Positions 39,695-49,292 of a stretch of 64,000 bases of DNA are shown piece after piece. A program made the position numbers and the translations under genes. This DNA is from Gemmatimonadota bacterium (lineage in GTDB: Bacteria > Gemmatimonadota > Gemmatimonadetes > Gemmatimonadales > GWC2-71-9): the NCBI GenBank assembly GCA_025358055.1, contig JANYKV010000136.1, positions 316 to 64,315 on the forward strand, in the 5' to 3' direction. Each line of letters begins with the position of its first letter. Position 1 is the stretch's first letter. The notes below the pieces were generated by a model that saw only the letters and a list, made by a program, of their open reading frames with translations, was not told the origin of the DNA and did not search any database.

Positions 39695-39918
39695 CTGCGC
39701 CCGTGGTGCCCTCCGCGTCCCGTTGAGTTCCCAGCTCGAGGGTTGACCGGCGGCCTCGGCCTCGGTCCCCTCCGCCCGCTGCTGCGGGCTCCGGGTCGAA
39801 TCCTTCTCTGTCCGCTGCGCCCGTGGCGCCCTCCGCGTCCCGTTGAGTTCCCGGCTCGAGAGTTGCTGAGCTGCGACCTCGGCCTCGGTCCCCTCCGCCC
39901 GATCCCGCGGCTCCGGCC
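39676..39918 (+). repeat. Two-copy ~120-bp tandem direct repeat; copy 1 starts inside the tRNA-Ser(GGA) T-loop
   Basis: Copy 1 spans 39676..39795 and copy 2 spans 39796..~39918. The tRNA 3' segment TCGAATCCCTCTCTGTCCGCT recurs as TCGAATCCTTCTCTGTCCGCT. The next ~85 nt are repeated with about 4 substitutions and one divergent 9- versus 12-nt block. Confidence 0.85.
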
Positions 39919-40070
39919 CAATCCCACACTCCACAGTTGGAGGCTAGTGGTTGTTCCGGCCGGAAGCCTAACCAACCGCCGAGGGAACCATTTCGTATTC
40001 CCCAGCGTATTATCAGTACTACGGCGGCTCCGCCCCCGGACCTGCTGCTGCCCCCCTTTGGAGGGATGGA

Positions 40071-41000
40071 ATGCATCTGCTTTCGAAACCCTTGCTCCCG
40101 ACCCGGGACATCACGGACGAAAAAACCTTCGTCGACCGCCGGGCGTTCCTGACCTCGATCGGGGTCGGGCTTGCGGCCGGCGCTTCGGTACTCTCACCGC
40201 GGCTGGCCGCGGCAGCCCCAGCGTTTCGGCGGTGGCAAGGTGAGGAGGACAAACTCACTCCTTACGCAGATGTCACCGGCTACAACAATTTCTATGAATT
40301 CGGGACCGGCAAATCGGATCCGGCGCAGAATGCAGGGTCCTTGCACCCGCACCCTTGGAAAATCGAAATCGCGGGTGACGTCAAGAAGCCCGGCATTGTC
40401 GACCTCGACGAGTTTCTCCGTCCGTTCCAGCCGGTGGAGCGGGTCTATCGGCACCGCTGTGTCGAGGGCTGGTCGATGGTGATTCCGTGGAGCGGCATCC
40501 CGCTTCGCGACATCATTGCGAGGATCGAGCCTGGAACGAAGGCAAAGTTCGTCGAGTTCACCACGCTCCATGATCCCAAACAAATGCCGGGGCAGAATCG
40601 CTCCGTGCTTCCGTGGCCATATGTAGAAGCGCTGCGGATGGACGAAGCCATGAATCTCCTCACGCTGTTCGTGACCGGCGTGTACGGTAAGCCGCTCCCG
40701 AATCAAAACGGAGCGCCGGTCCGTCTTTGCGCGCCGTGGAAGTATGGGTTCAAAGGCGGCAAATCCATCGTCCGGATTCGGTTTGTCGAGGCGCAACCCC
40801 ACACCACGTGGAACATTGCGGCACCGGAGGAGTACGGGTTTTACGCCAACGTGAACCCCACAGTCGATCACCCCCGCTGGACCCAGGCGCGGGAGCATCG
40901 GGCCGGCGAGTTTTTCAAGCGGAAAACGCTCATGTTCAACGGGTATGCCGAGCAGGTCGCGTCGATGTACACGGGCCTGGATCTCCGGGCAAATTTCTAA
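40071..41000 (+). CDS. msrP: Protein-methionine-sulfoxide reductase catalytic subunit MsrP (YedY, molybdopterin)
   Basis: 309 aa with Tat signal [17 protein letters not shown] and YedY-like blocks ([16 protein letters not shown]). Confidence 0.9.
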   Translation: MHLLSKPLLPTRDITDEKTFVDRRAFLTSIGVGLAAGASVLSPRLAAAAPAFRRWQGEEDKLTPYADVTGYNNFYEFGTGKSDPAQNAGSLHPHPWKIEIAGDVKKPGIVDLDEFLRPFQPVERVYRHRCVEGWSMVIPWSGIPLRDIIARIEPGTKAKFVEFTTLHDPKQMPGQNRSVLPWPYVEALRMDEAMNLLTLFVTGVYGKPLPNQNGAPVRLCAPWKYGFKGGKSIVRIRFVEAQPHTTWNIAAPEEYGFYANVNPTVDHPRWTQAREHRAGEFFKRKTLMFNGYAEQVASMYTGLDLRANF

Positions 41001-41626
41001 TGGCGAAGGGGCTGGCACGACGCACGATCGTGGTCGCCAAAGTGGTCGTTTGGACGGCCTGTCTCACGCCGTTTGTCGTCCTCTGTATTGACGCGTTCAC
41101 CAATCAACTCGCTGCCGAGCCGGTCAAGGACATTCAGCACCGCACCGGACTCACCGCCCTCATCATCCTCCTCGTGACCCTGGCGGTGACGCCGCTGCGA
41201 CGAGTCACCGGCTGGAACGAACTCGTCAAATTTCGCCGGCTCTTGGGACTATTCTCCTTTTTCTACGTTCTCTGTCACGCCGTGACCTACTTTGTCTTCG
41301 ACCAGTCGTTGTCACCGGCGCTCATCGCGGAGGATGTTGTTAAGCATCCGTGGGTGACCGTGGGGTTCACGGCGTTCATGCTGATGATCCCCCTCGCCGT
41401 CACCTCGACCCAAGGTTGGATCCGGCGGCTCGGGTCCCGTTGGACGAAGCTCCACCGGCTTATTTATGCGATCGCGATCCTCGCCATCCTTCACTTCCTG
41501 TGGCTGGTCAAGAAGGACGTCCGGGACCCGTACTTTTATGGCACCGTGGCCCTCGTCCTCCTCGCCGCCCGGCTGTGGCCCAGAGCCCAACGTCGAGTCC
41601 ACGCGACCAAACCGCTCCCCTCCTAA
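41000..41626 (+). CDS. msrQ: Protein-methionine-sulfoxide reductase heme-binding membrane subunit MsrQ (YedZ)
   Basis: ATG 41000 overlaps the msrP TAA by 1 nt. The protein is polytopic with conserved His in TM helices (…FFYVLCHAVTYF…, …LAILHFLWLVKKD). Confidence 0.85.
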   Translation: MAKGLARRTIVVAKVVVWTACLTPFVVLCIDAFTNQLAAEPVKDIQHRTGLTALIILLVTLAVTPLRRVTGWNELVKFRRLLGLFSFFYVLCHAVTYFVFDQSLSPALIAEDVVKHPWVTVGFTAFMLMIPLAVTSTQGWIRRLGSRWTKLHRLIYAIAILAILHFLWLVKKDVRDPYFYGTVALVLLAARLWPRAQRRVHATKPLPS

Positions 41627-41689
41627 CAGGACTGGCGGCGCGCGGGTGTTGCATCGATCGTGGGGGGCGGGTAGTTTCCGCGCCCGACG

Positions 41690-42235
41690 ATGCCAACTTC
41701 GACGCGACTCCTTGATGAACGGGCGATGGCCCGGGCACTCCAGCGGATGGCTTCGGAGATCGTTGAGCGGTGCTTCGGGGCGGACGGCCTGGTGCTCGTA
41801 GGGATCCAACGGCGGGGTGTGGAACTCGCCGAGCGGATCGCCCGCCTCGTGGCCCAAACCGAAGGCCAACCCCCCCTCCTCGGCAAACTCGACATCACGC
41901 TCTATCGCGACGATCTCCAGGCCATCGGCCCGCGGCCGGTGGTAGCCGAAACTCGGCTTCCGCCGAATCTGGACGGTAAGACGGTGGTGATCATCGACGA
42001 CGTCCTCTACACCGGGCGAACGGTACGTGCGGCGCTCGATGAGTTTGCGGATTTCGGCCGGCCGAAGCGCATCCTCCTCTGTGTATTGGTCGACCGCGGG
42101 GGGCGTGAGTTGCCGATTCAAGCTGACATCGTAGGGACGACGGTGACGGCGGGCCCGGCCGACCGAGTGGACGTGTCGGTCATGGAGCTGGACCGTGTGG
42201 ATGCCGTCGATCTAGTACGCGGGGCACCGGCGTGA
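41690..42235 (+). CDS. pyrR: Bifunctional pyrimidine operon regulator / uracil phosphoribosyltransferase PyrR
   Basis: 181 aa with the PRPP-binding block [17 protein letters not shown] and a PyrR-like N-terminus. Confidence 0.9.
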   Translation: MPTSTRLLDERAMARALQRMASEIVERCFGADGLVLVGIQRRGVELAERIARLVAQTEGQPPLLGKLDITLYRDDLQAIGPRPVVAETRLPPNLDGKTVVIIDDVLYTGRTVRAALDEFADFGRPKRILLCVLVDRGGRELPIQADIVGTTVTAGPADRVDVSVMELDRVDAVDLVRGAPA

Positions 42236-43194
42236 CCGTCCCGACGCTCGGCAAGGATCTCGTGGGGCTCGAACATCTCTCGGCGGGACAGATCCAGCTC
42301 ATTCTCGATACCGCAGAGCCGTTCAAAGAGGTGAGTGAGCGCCCCATCAAGAAGGTGCCGGCCCTTCGCGGTAAAACCATCGTCAACCTCTTCTTTGAAT
42401 CCTCCACCCGGACTCGCATCTCATTTGAGTTCGCGGAGAAGCGACTCTCGGCCGACACGGTGAACGTCGCCGCCTCGGGGTCGTCGGTCTCGAAAGGCGA
42501 AACTCTGGTCGATACCGCCCGCAACCTCGAGGCAATGCGAATCGACATGGTGGTCATCCGCCACCATTCTTCAGGGGCCGCCCAGTTTCTCGGCGATCGC
42601 ATTCGGTCCAACGTCATCAATGCAGGGGATGGCAAGCACGAGCATCCGACCCAGGGTCTGCTCGACATGCTGACGCTTCGGGACCATTTCAAGAAACTTG
42701 CCGGGCTCAAGGTGGCGATCTGTGGCGACGTACTCCACAGCCGGGTGGCCCGAAGCAACATCTGGGGTCTCCTCAAGCTCGGAGCCGAAGTGGCCGTGTG
42801 TGGACCACCGACGTTGCTGCCCCGGGGCGTCGAGCAGCTTGGCGTGACCGTGCTTCCCCGAATCGAAGATGCCATTCAATGGGCCGATGCGCTGAACATC
42901 CTCCGGTTGCAGCTGGAGCGGATGGAGGCGGGCTTCATCCCATCTCTCCGGGAATACAATCGAGTGTTCGGCGTCACCTCCGATCGGCTGGCTCGTGCCC
43001 CGAAGGACCTCTTGATCCTCCACCCGGGCCCGATGAACCGCGGGGTTGAAATCGACAGCGACGTGGCCGATGGACCCCACAGCGTCATTCTCCCTCAGGT
43101 GACCAACGGTGTCGCGGTACGGATGGCCGTGCTCTACCTCCTAGCCGGAGGAGCCCCCGATTGGGTCTCCGGCAGCGGCGGCGAGGAACGATGA
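42232..43194 (+). CDS. pyrB: Aspartate carbamoyltransferase catalytic subunit
   Basis: The [23 protein letters not shown] and [10 protein letters not shown] motifs are present. GTGA overlap with pyrR. Confidence 0.95.
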   Translation: MTVPTLGKDLVGLEHLSAGQIQLILDTAEPFKEVSERPIKKVPALRGKTIVNLFFESSTRTRISFEFAEKRLSADTVNVAASGSSVSKGETLVDTARNLEAMRIDMVVIRHHSSGAAQFLGDRIRSNVINAGDGKHEHPTQGLLDMLTLRDHFKKLAGLKVAICGDVLHSRVARSNIWGLLKLGAEVAVCGPPTLLPRGVEQLGVTVLPRIEDAIQWADALNILRLQLERMEAGFIPSLREYNRVFGVTSDRLARAPKDLLILHPGPMNRGVEIDSDVADGPHSVILPQVTNGVAVRMAVLYLLAGGAPDWVSGSGGEER

Positions 43195-44486
43195 GGCCCC
43201 TCCTTATCCGGGGTGCGCGAGTTATCGATCCGTCCCGCGACGCCGATGGGGTTGCTGACGTCCTTGTGGTGGACGGAAAGATCCGAGCCGTTGGACGCAA
43301 TGTTGCTCCACCGGAAAACGCGCGCGTGATCGACGGGGCGGGGAAGGTTGCGGCGCCGGGACTCATCGATCTTCACGTGCATTTTCGCGAACCGGGCCAA
43401 GAAGACACGGAAACGATTGCGACCGGCGCGATGGCCGCGGTCGCGGGCGGTTTTACGGCCGTATGCGCGATGCCGAACACGGACCCGGTCACCGACAACC
43501 AAGCGGCGGTTGGCTTCGTGGTGCGTCAGTCGATTCGAGCCGCGAAGGCACGCGTATACCCGATCGGGGCAATCTCGCTGGGACAGAAGGGGCAGCAACT
43601 CGCGGAATTCGGGGAAATGGTCGGGGCCGGAGCGGTGGCCGTGAGTGATGACGGAAAGCCGGTCGTCTCGAGTCACCTGATGCGTACGGCGTTGGAGTAC
43701 GCCAAGGTGTTCGGGATTCCGGTGGCGGATCATTGCGAAGACCCGACCTTGAGTCATGGCGGGGTGATGCACGAAGGGCTGGTCTCCACGCGACTAGGAC
43801 TCAAGGGGATTCCTTCGGCGGCGGAAGAAATCATGGTGGCCCGGGACATCATTCTCGCCGAACTCACCGGCGGGCATGTCCACCTCTGTCATATGTCTAC
43901 CCGTGGTTCGGTCGACCTGATCCGTCGCGCCAAGGAGAAGGGACTTCGCGTCACGGCCGAGGCGACGCCCCATCATTTCGCGCTGACTCACGAACGCTGT
44001 GAAGGGTATGACACCCACGCGAAAATGAACCCGCCCCTGCGCGAGGCCGAAGACCGGGATGCGATTCGAAGCGCGCTCAAGGACGGTTCGATCGATATCA
44101 TCGCCTCCGACCACGCGCCGCACCACTACGACGCCAAAGAACGTGAGTTTGATGATGCGCCCAACGGTATCGTGGGCCTCGAAACCGCGCTCGGTCTGGC
44201 CATTCGGGAGCTGGTTGTGCCGGGCCTCCTCACTCTTCCGCAGCTCATCGCGCGCATGAGTACCATGCCGGCCCGAATCTTCCACCTTTCCGGCGGCACC
44301 CTCGCGGTGGGCGCCCCCGCAGACCTCGTCCTGTTCGACCCGGACGCCCGTTGGAAGGTCGAGGCGACCGCCTTCCACTCGAAGAGCCGCAATTCCCCGT
44401 TCGTGGGGGAGGAACTCATTGGTCGGACCCTGCTCACGCTAGTCGATGGGCGAGTGGCCTTCGACCGCTCCCTCGGTGGGGACTGA
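43191..44486 (+). CDS. pyrC: Dihydroorotase
   Basis: Metal-binding [10 protein letters not shown] and a C-terminal SDHAPH are present. ATG 43191 gives an ATGA overlap with pyrB. Confidence 0.9.
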   Translation: MRPLLIRGARVIDPSRDADGVADVLVVDGKIRAVGRNVAPPENARVIDGAGKVAAPGLIDLHVHFREPGQEDTETIATGAMAAVAGGFTAVCAMPNTDPVTDNQAAVGFVVRQSIRAAKARVYPIGAISLGQKGQQLAEFGEMVGAGAVAVSDDGKPVVSSHLMRTALEYAKVFGIPVADHCEDPTLSHGGVMHEGLVSTRLGLKGIPSAAEEIMVARDIILAELTGGHVHLCHMSTRGSVDLIRRAKEKGLRVTAEATPHHFALTHERCEGYDTHAKMNPPLREAEDRDAIRSALKDGSIDIIASDHAPHHYDAKEREFDDAPNGIVGLETALGLAIRELVVPGLLTLPQLIARMSTMPARIFHLSGGTLAVGAPADLVLFDPDARWKVEATAFHSKSRNSPFVGEELIGRTLLTLVDGRVAFDRSLGGD

Positions 44487-44712
44487 TTTCGACCGAGTTC
44501 TTGACGGCCAGAATCGTGACACATTCCCGGATACACCTCTCCGCCTTAGATTACGAAGCAGGGGACCGATAGTCCCCAAAGATGGATCGGATCTTCATTC
44601 GGCGGTTCCCGTTCCCCGACGGGCCCCTGTCCGAGCGTCCTTGCCCTATCCGTGACTCAGCGGATTGAGTGACGCAGGGAGGCGCACGCAGCTTCTAAAG
44701 GAGCGCAGCGCG

Positions 44713-45687
44713 ATGACGGAACAGCAGGTTCAAGACACCGCCGAGATTGAATCCCTGTTGGCCAGCCGCCAGAAGATCCTGGACTGGTTGCAACGTCTCG
44801 ACCAAGCCGGGTCCACTACCCCCGCTTCAGTCCGGGAGCGAGTCCGCAAGGACTATCATGGGCGGTTGGCCGAGGTAGTGAACCACCTTCGCGCGCATTC
44901 CACCTCACTGACCGAAACCGTTACCGGTTTGCGACGCGAGTTCGCCGAGCTCGAACGGGTGCGTACCGAGGAAGAAGAGGCCCTCAGCGAGGCCGAGTTG
45001 CGGCACGCGGTCGGGGAATACTCGGACGAGGAGTGGGCTACGCACGAGGAGACGACCGGGACCAAGCTGGAGAGCTTAGGTGCCGAAATCCACCGGGTCA
45101 GCTCAGAGATTCATCGACTCGCGGAGGTTCTGGGTCTGATCTCGCCCGCGGAACCCGAGCCCGAGCCGCAGGCCGTCGTGTCGCGACCGATCGCCCACAA
45201 GGAGGACGCCGCCATCCCGGCTATGGATGGAGCCTCGGCGCACCCTTCCGCCGTCGAGGCATACGCGAAGCCGGTTGAAGCGGAAGCACCGCTTCTTCGT
45301 GAGGTGGTGTCGGCCGTCGAACCGACCGCGCCGTCCGCCCCCCCCGAGGCGCCCCGGTTTGTTCCCCGGAGCGGCCGGGTTCCCAATCGCGAAGGCCCGC
45401 TAGGCCGCACCATTCCCTTTCCGGTGCCGCCCCACGCGCCGCCTTCAACACCTCCGGGTGACGAATTGGCATTTCTCAAGTCCGTGACGATCGACGCTGC
45501 GCCGGCTGCGACGAGCCATCGCGCTGCGGCCCCAACGGTACACGCCAAAGAGACCTCTCCGCTACGCGGAGGGGAGCGGCCGAGCCAGTCGGTCTCGAAG
45601 ACCCTCAAATGCACGGATTGTGGGACGATGAATCGTCCAACCGAATGGTATTGCGAGCGGTGTGGGGCGGAGCTGGCCACGCTGTAG
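44713..45687 (+). CDS. Hypothetical protein: N-terminal coiled coil, Pro/Ala-rich linker, C-terminal zinc ribbon
   Basis: ATG 44713 is preceded by AAGGAG. The C-terminus CTDCGTMNRPTEWYCERCG is a CxxC...CxxC ribbon. No family recognised. Confidence 0.6.
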   Translation: MTEQQVQDTAEIESLLASRQKILDWLQRLDQAGSTTPASVRERVRKDYHGRLAEVVNHLRAHSTSLTETVTGLRREFAELERVRTEEEEALSEAELRHAVGEYSDEEWATHEETTGTKLESLGAEIHRVSSEIHRLAEVLGLISPAEPEPEPQAVVSRPIAHKEDAAIPAMDGASAHPSAVEAYAKPVEAEAPLLREVVSAVEPTAPSAPPEAPRFVPRSGRVPNREGPLGRTIPFPVPPHAPPSTPPGDELAFLKSVTIDAAPAATSHRAAAPTVHAKETSPLRGGERPSQSVSKTLKCTDCGTMNRPTEWYCERCGAELATL

Positions 45688-45705
45688 CGCGAGCTTGTGG
45701 CCGGA

Positions 45706-45743
45706 AAAATCGAAGGGGCTCCGAGAGTCGGAGCCCCTTTGCT
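45706..45743. terminator. Bidirectional rho-independent terminator between convergent genes
   Basis: Perfect hairpin AAGGGGCTCCGA-GAG-TCGGAGCCCCTT is flanked by an A-run upstream (GGAAAAAT) and TTTGCTT downstream. Confidence 0.7.
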
Positions 45744-45758
45744 TGCCTGGCCCTGCCC

Positions 45759-46016
45759 TCATTTCTTGGCGGCGACCTTGAGCTTGGCTAGACGGCTCTT
45801 CTGGCGTGCGGCGGTATTGGGGTGCACCAGCCGCTTGCGGCCGGCCCGGTCGAGAAGGCTTTCGGCATTTTCGAAAGCCTTGGCGGCATCAGCGGGCGTC
45901 GGAGCGCTGCGGACCCGTTTCACGGCGGAACGCAACTCACTCCGCTGACTACGATTCCGGGCGGTGTGAGTCTCGGTCTGGCGCATCTTTTTCTTGGCGG
46001 ACTTAATTCGCGGCAC
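45759..46016 (-). CDS. rpsT: 30S ribosomal protein S20
   Basis: 85 aa from a GTG start (VPRIKSAKKKMRQTE...), with GAGGA 5 nt upstream. The longer ORF 45759..46196 is treated as an extension. Confidence 0.9.
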   Translation of the reverse strand: MPRIKSAKKKMRQTETHTARNRSQRSELRSAVKRVRSAPTPADAAKAFENAESLLDRAGRKRLVHPNTAARQKSRLAKLKVAAKK

Positions 46017-46078
46017 GGTATTCCTCACGCGTTCGTAGGGCAATGCTGGCGACCCGGGGACCCGGATCGGCGGCGGGC

Positions 46079-46107
46079 ATAATACACCGCTAGAGCGCCT
46101 CCAGCAA
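46079..46107 (-). promoter_or_regulatory. Sigma70-like promoter candidate for rpsT
   Basis: On the minus strand: TTGCTG-N17-TATTAT, about 60 nt upstream of the GTG start. Confidence 0.35.
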
Positions 46108-46217
46108 GACAGGATGGCCTTTTGACTTGGCCAGGCGAGTCCCTTAGTCTTCCTGAAATACTTCACTCCTGACAATTTTCTCCGTAGGGAACGCACGCTA
46201 ACGCTGATGAAACTCGC

Positions 46218-46964
46218 ATGACGCTCTCTGAAGCTCCCCCGCTCGCGCTGGGAAACGGATCCGGCTTCGTGGTGGAGCTGGAGAGCTTTTCGGGTCCCCT
46301 GGATCTGCTACTTCACTTGCTCCGCGAGCAGCAACTCGACATCGCGGACATCCCAATCGCAAAAATCGCAGACCAGTTTCTGTCCGTCATCCATGATTTG
46401 GGGCTCAATCAGGCCGCGGATTATCTCGAGATGGCCGGACGGCTGTTGCGCCTCAAAGTTCAGATGTTGTTGCCCCGTCGTGGAGACGGAGAGGAGTGGG
46501 AGGATCCCCGAGCGGAATTGGTGCGCCGGCTCCTCGAGTACCAGCAAATCCGGGAAATAGCGCTGTGGATGGAGCAGGCGGCGGAACGGCGTTCCTTGCG
46601 GTTTCCGCGCGGCTATTTGCCGCCACCCCCCGATCGTCCGCCGCCACCGCTCACGCTGGATGTGATCGACCTCCTGGCCGCGGTGGAGCGGGTGATTTCC
46701 GGCATTTTGAGCCCAGTACTCCATCGGGTCGTTGCCCGTCCCCTCGATGTCGAGGGCGCTACCCGGCGGATCGAAGCTCTCCTGGCGGAGCGGGGCGAAT
46801 TCATCTGGACCGAAGCGTTCGGACCGGCCCCGACAATTGCCGACGTCCTCTCGGTACTCCTGGCTCTGTTGGAGATGGCCCGCCGCGGGGCCCTCCTCAT
46901 TCGTCAACCGGCGCCCTTTGCGCCATTGGTGGTGGCTCTTGAACTCGCTCAGCCAGCTGATTGA
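46218..46964 (+). CDS. scpA: Segregation and condensation protein A
   Basis: 248 aa with an ScpA-like N-terminus (FSGPLDLLLHLLREQQLDIADIPIAKI). Confidence 0.9.
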   Translation: MTLSEAPPLALGNGSGFVVELESFSGPLDLLLHLLREQQLDIADIPIAKIADQFLSVIHDLGLNQAADYLEMAGRLLRLKVQMLLPRRGDGEEWEDPRAELVRRLLEYQQIREIALWMEQAAERRSLRFPRGYLPPPPDRPPPPLTLDVIDLLAAVERVISGILSPVLHRVVARPLDVEGATRRIEALLAERGEFIWTEAFGPAPTIADVLSVLLALLEMARRGALLIRQPAPFAPLVVALELAQPAD

Positions 46965-47520
46965 GGCGGCTCTCTTCTCGGCCGCTCGCCCGCTCACGGT
47001 CGAGGAGCTCGCCGATTTGGACCCCGACACCAATGGATCGGAGGTTCGGGCGGCGCTCGACCAACTTCGGGAGCACTACGATTTCGGCAGTCACGGTATC
47101 GAGCTCGTGGAAATGGGGGGTGGATTTCAGCTTCTCACCCGGCCGGTGTTCGCGGCCGCCATCGAACGTGCTCAGATTGGGGTCCGCGGCTCGAAGCTAT
47201 CCGGGGCGATGCTGGAGACATTGGCCGTGATCGCGTACCGGCAACCTGTGGGCCGCGCCGAGATCGAGGAAATCCGCGGAGTGAATGCCAGCGGGGTCCT
47301 GCGTTCGCTACAGGAGCGCGGCCTCATCGAGGTCGTGGGTCGCAGTGAAGCGCTCGGACGCCCGCTTTTGTACGGGACCACACCTATGTTCCTCGAGTTG
47401 CTCGGGTTGCAGGACTTGGCCAATCTGCCCAAGGCGGAGGAACTCAGTATCGCGCTCCAACCGGTTCCAGCCGCCCCTATGGATGAAGACACTGCGGCCT
47501 ACGTCGAAGCCGAATCATGA
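46939..47520 (+). CDS. scpB: Segregation and condensation protein B
   Basis: ScpB blocks are present (LIEAALFSAARPLTVEEL, LETLAVIAYRQPVGRAEIEEIRGV). The TTG 46939 start is inferred and overlaps the scpA end; the exact start is uncertain. Confidence 0.8.
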   Translation: MNSLSQLIEAALFSAARPLTVEELADLDPDTNGSEVRAALDQLREHYDFGSHGIELVEMGGGFQLLTRPVFAAAIERAQIGVRGSKLSGAMLETLAVIAYRQPVGRAEIEEIRGVNASGVLRSLQERGLIEVVGRSEALGRPLLYGTTPMFLELLGLQDLANLPKAEELSIALQPVPAAPMDEDTAAYVEAES

Positions 47521-48272
47521 GCGAAATGCGGCTCCAGCAGGCGCTCGCTCGCGCTGGAGTCGCGTCTCGGCGTGCCGCGGAAGATTTTATTCGGGCGGGC
47601 CAGGTGCGGGTCGACGGAATGGTCGCCGAACTCGGGTCCAAAGTCGATCCCAGTTCCCAATCCATCACCGTCAAAGGCAAGCGAGTCACGATCGTGCCTC
47701 GGCGATGGTTGGCATTCCATAAGCCGCTCGGCGTCGTGACCACCGCGAGCGATGAACAGGGTCGGCGGACCGTATTCGATTTCCTGACAAACACGAAGGG
47801 CCTGACGTATGTCGGCCGGTTGGACGTGATGACCACCGGCCTCCTGTTGCTGACGACCGACGGCGAAGCGGTTCACCGATTGACCCATCCCCGCTATCGA
47901 ATTTCGCGCCGCTACACCGCCTTGGTACACGGCCGCCCGACAGCGGAGGTCGTCAACGCGGTGAAGCAGCCCGTGCTGGTGGAGCGCCGTCCGGTCGTCC
48001 CCACACAGGTTCGCGTGCGGCCGGGCCATGATGGCCGGAGCATCGTGGATTTGACCCTGGCGGAAGGCCGGCATCACATCGTCCGGCGCTGGGCTGAGGC
48101 GCTCGGACTCAAAATCGAACGCCTGGCGCGTTTGTCGTATGGCCCCATTCGTCTCGGCGATCTGAAGCCGGGGGAGTCCCGGATCCTGACCAACAAGGAA
48201 ATGGATGACTTATATCGCGTGATCAATCTCACGCCCGGAGCAGAACCGGCGACCAAGCCCAAGAGGAGATGA
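47517..48272 (+). CDS. rluB: Pseudouridine synthase, RsuA/RluB family
   Basis: The S4 domain N-terminus is RLQQALARAGVASRRAAEDFI and the catalytic block is VGRLDVMTTGLLLLTTDGE. Confidence 0.85.
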   Translation: MSEMRLQQALARAGVASRRAAEDFIRAGQVRVDGMVAELGSKVDPSSQSITVKGKRVTIVPRRWLAFHKPLGVVTTASDEQGRRTVFDFLTNTKGLTYVGRLDVMTTGLLLLTTDGEAVHRLTHPRYRISRRYTALVHGRPTAEVVNAVKQPVLVERRPVVPTQVRVRPGHDGRSIVDLTLAEGRHHIVRRWAEALGLKIERLARLSYGPIRLGDLKPGESRILTNKEMDDLYRVINLTPGAEPATKPKRR

Positions 48273-49270
48273 TGGCCGCTCCCAATAAGACCGCGCTGCC
48301 TGCTGCTACGGAGCCGCCAGTCGATCCGGGCCTGGGACGCCGAGTCCTGACGGAGGTGGGCCGCCGCGTGGTCGGGCAGGAGATGATGGTCGAGCGATTG
48401 CTCGTTGGCCTGCTGACCGGCGGCCACGTGCTCTTGGAGGGTGTGCCGGGGCTCGCGAAAACTCTGGCGGTACGCACCATGGCGGAAATTCTCCACGCCT
48501 CTTTCTCCCGGATCCAATTCACGCCGGACCTGCTTCCCGCCGACCTTATCGGGACGATGGTGTTCGATCCGAAAACCCAAGAGTTCAATCCGAAACGCGG
48601 ACCGCTTTTTGCCCAGATTGTGCTCGCCGACGAAATCAACCGGGCCCCGGCGAAAGTTCAGTCCGCCCTCCTCGAGGCGATGCAGGAACGGCAAGTCACC
48701 CTGGGCGGGACCACGTTCCTCCTGCCCGAACCCTTTCTCGTCCTCGCCACCCAGAACCCCATCGAAAGCGAGGGCACCTATCCGCTCCCCGAGGCACAGC
48801 TCGACCGATTTCTGCTCAAGATCACGGTGGGCTATCCGACCCGCACCGAGGAAAAGGAAGTGTTGTTGCGGATGAGCGGGGGCCAACCGATCCCGGTTGC
48901 GAAAATTTTGCAGCCGGAACAGATCCTCGCGGCGCGGGCTTCCATTGCGACCATCCATCTCGACCACCGGTTAGTGGATTACATCGTCGACCTGGTTCGG
49001 GCCACGCGGGATCCCGCGTCGGTCGGCCTCGCCTCGACGGCTCCGCTGGTGGCCTTTGGCGCTTCACCCAGAGCTTCGATCGCCCTCGCCCAATCGGCGC
49101 GTGCCATGGCATTTCTTCGGGGCCGCGCGTACGTGGTGCCCGAGGACATCCAGGCGCTCGCGCCCGATGTGCTCCGGCACCGAGTCGTGCTGACCTTCGA
49201 GGCGGAAGCCGAGGATGTCACCACCGATACGGTAGTGTCCCGGGTGCTGGGGGCCGTAGCGGTGCCCTGA
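48269..49270 (+). CDS. MoxR-family AAA+ ATPase
   Basis: Walker A is LLEGVPGLAKT and Walker B is VLADEINRAP. The size of 333 aa is typical of MoxR. Confidence 0.9.
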   Translation: MMAAPNKTALPAATEPPVDPGLGRRVLTEVGRRVVGQEMMVERLLVGLLTGGHVLLEGVPGLAKTLAVRTMAEILHASFSRIQFTPDLLPADLIGTMVFDPKTQEFNPKRGPLFAQIVLADEINRAPAKVQSALLEAMQERQVTLGGTTFLLPEPFLVLATQNPIESEGTYPLPEAQLDRFLLKITVGYPTRTEEKEVLLRMSGGQPIPVAKILQPEQILAARASIATIHLDHRLVDYIVDLVRATRDPASVGLASTAPLVAFGASPRASIALAQSARAMAFLRGRAYVVPEDIQALAPDVLRHRVVLTFEAEAEDVTTDTVVSRVLGAVAVP

Positions 49271-49292
49271 ATCGTCGGAATCCCTCCGTCCT

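Noticed and set aside
39676-39918. Possible CRISPR-like or minisatellite array.
   Set aside because: There are only two copies of a 120-bp unit with no spacer structure, and no cas genes are in the window. It is a simple tandem duplication.
39079-39975. 298-aa minus-strand ORF with an internal protein repeat (…RAGNSTGRGG.HGRSGQR…).
   Set aside because: It reads antisense through the end of a beta-propeller gene, the tRNA-Ser(GGA) gene and the 120-bp tandem DNA repeat. The protein repeat is just the DNA duplication translated.
41627-41689. PyrR-binding attenuator RNA upstream of pyrR.
   Set aside because: I could not find the conserved PyrR-binding loop motif (…UCCAGAGAGG…) or a terminator/antiterminator pair in the 63-nt leader. 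Only a weak 6-bp stem is present.
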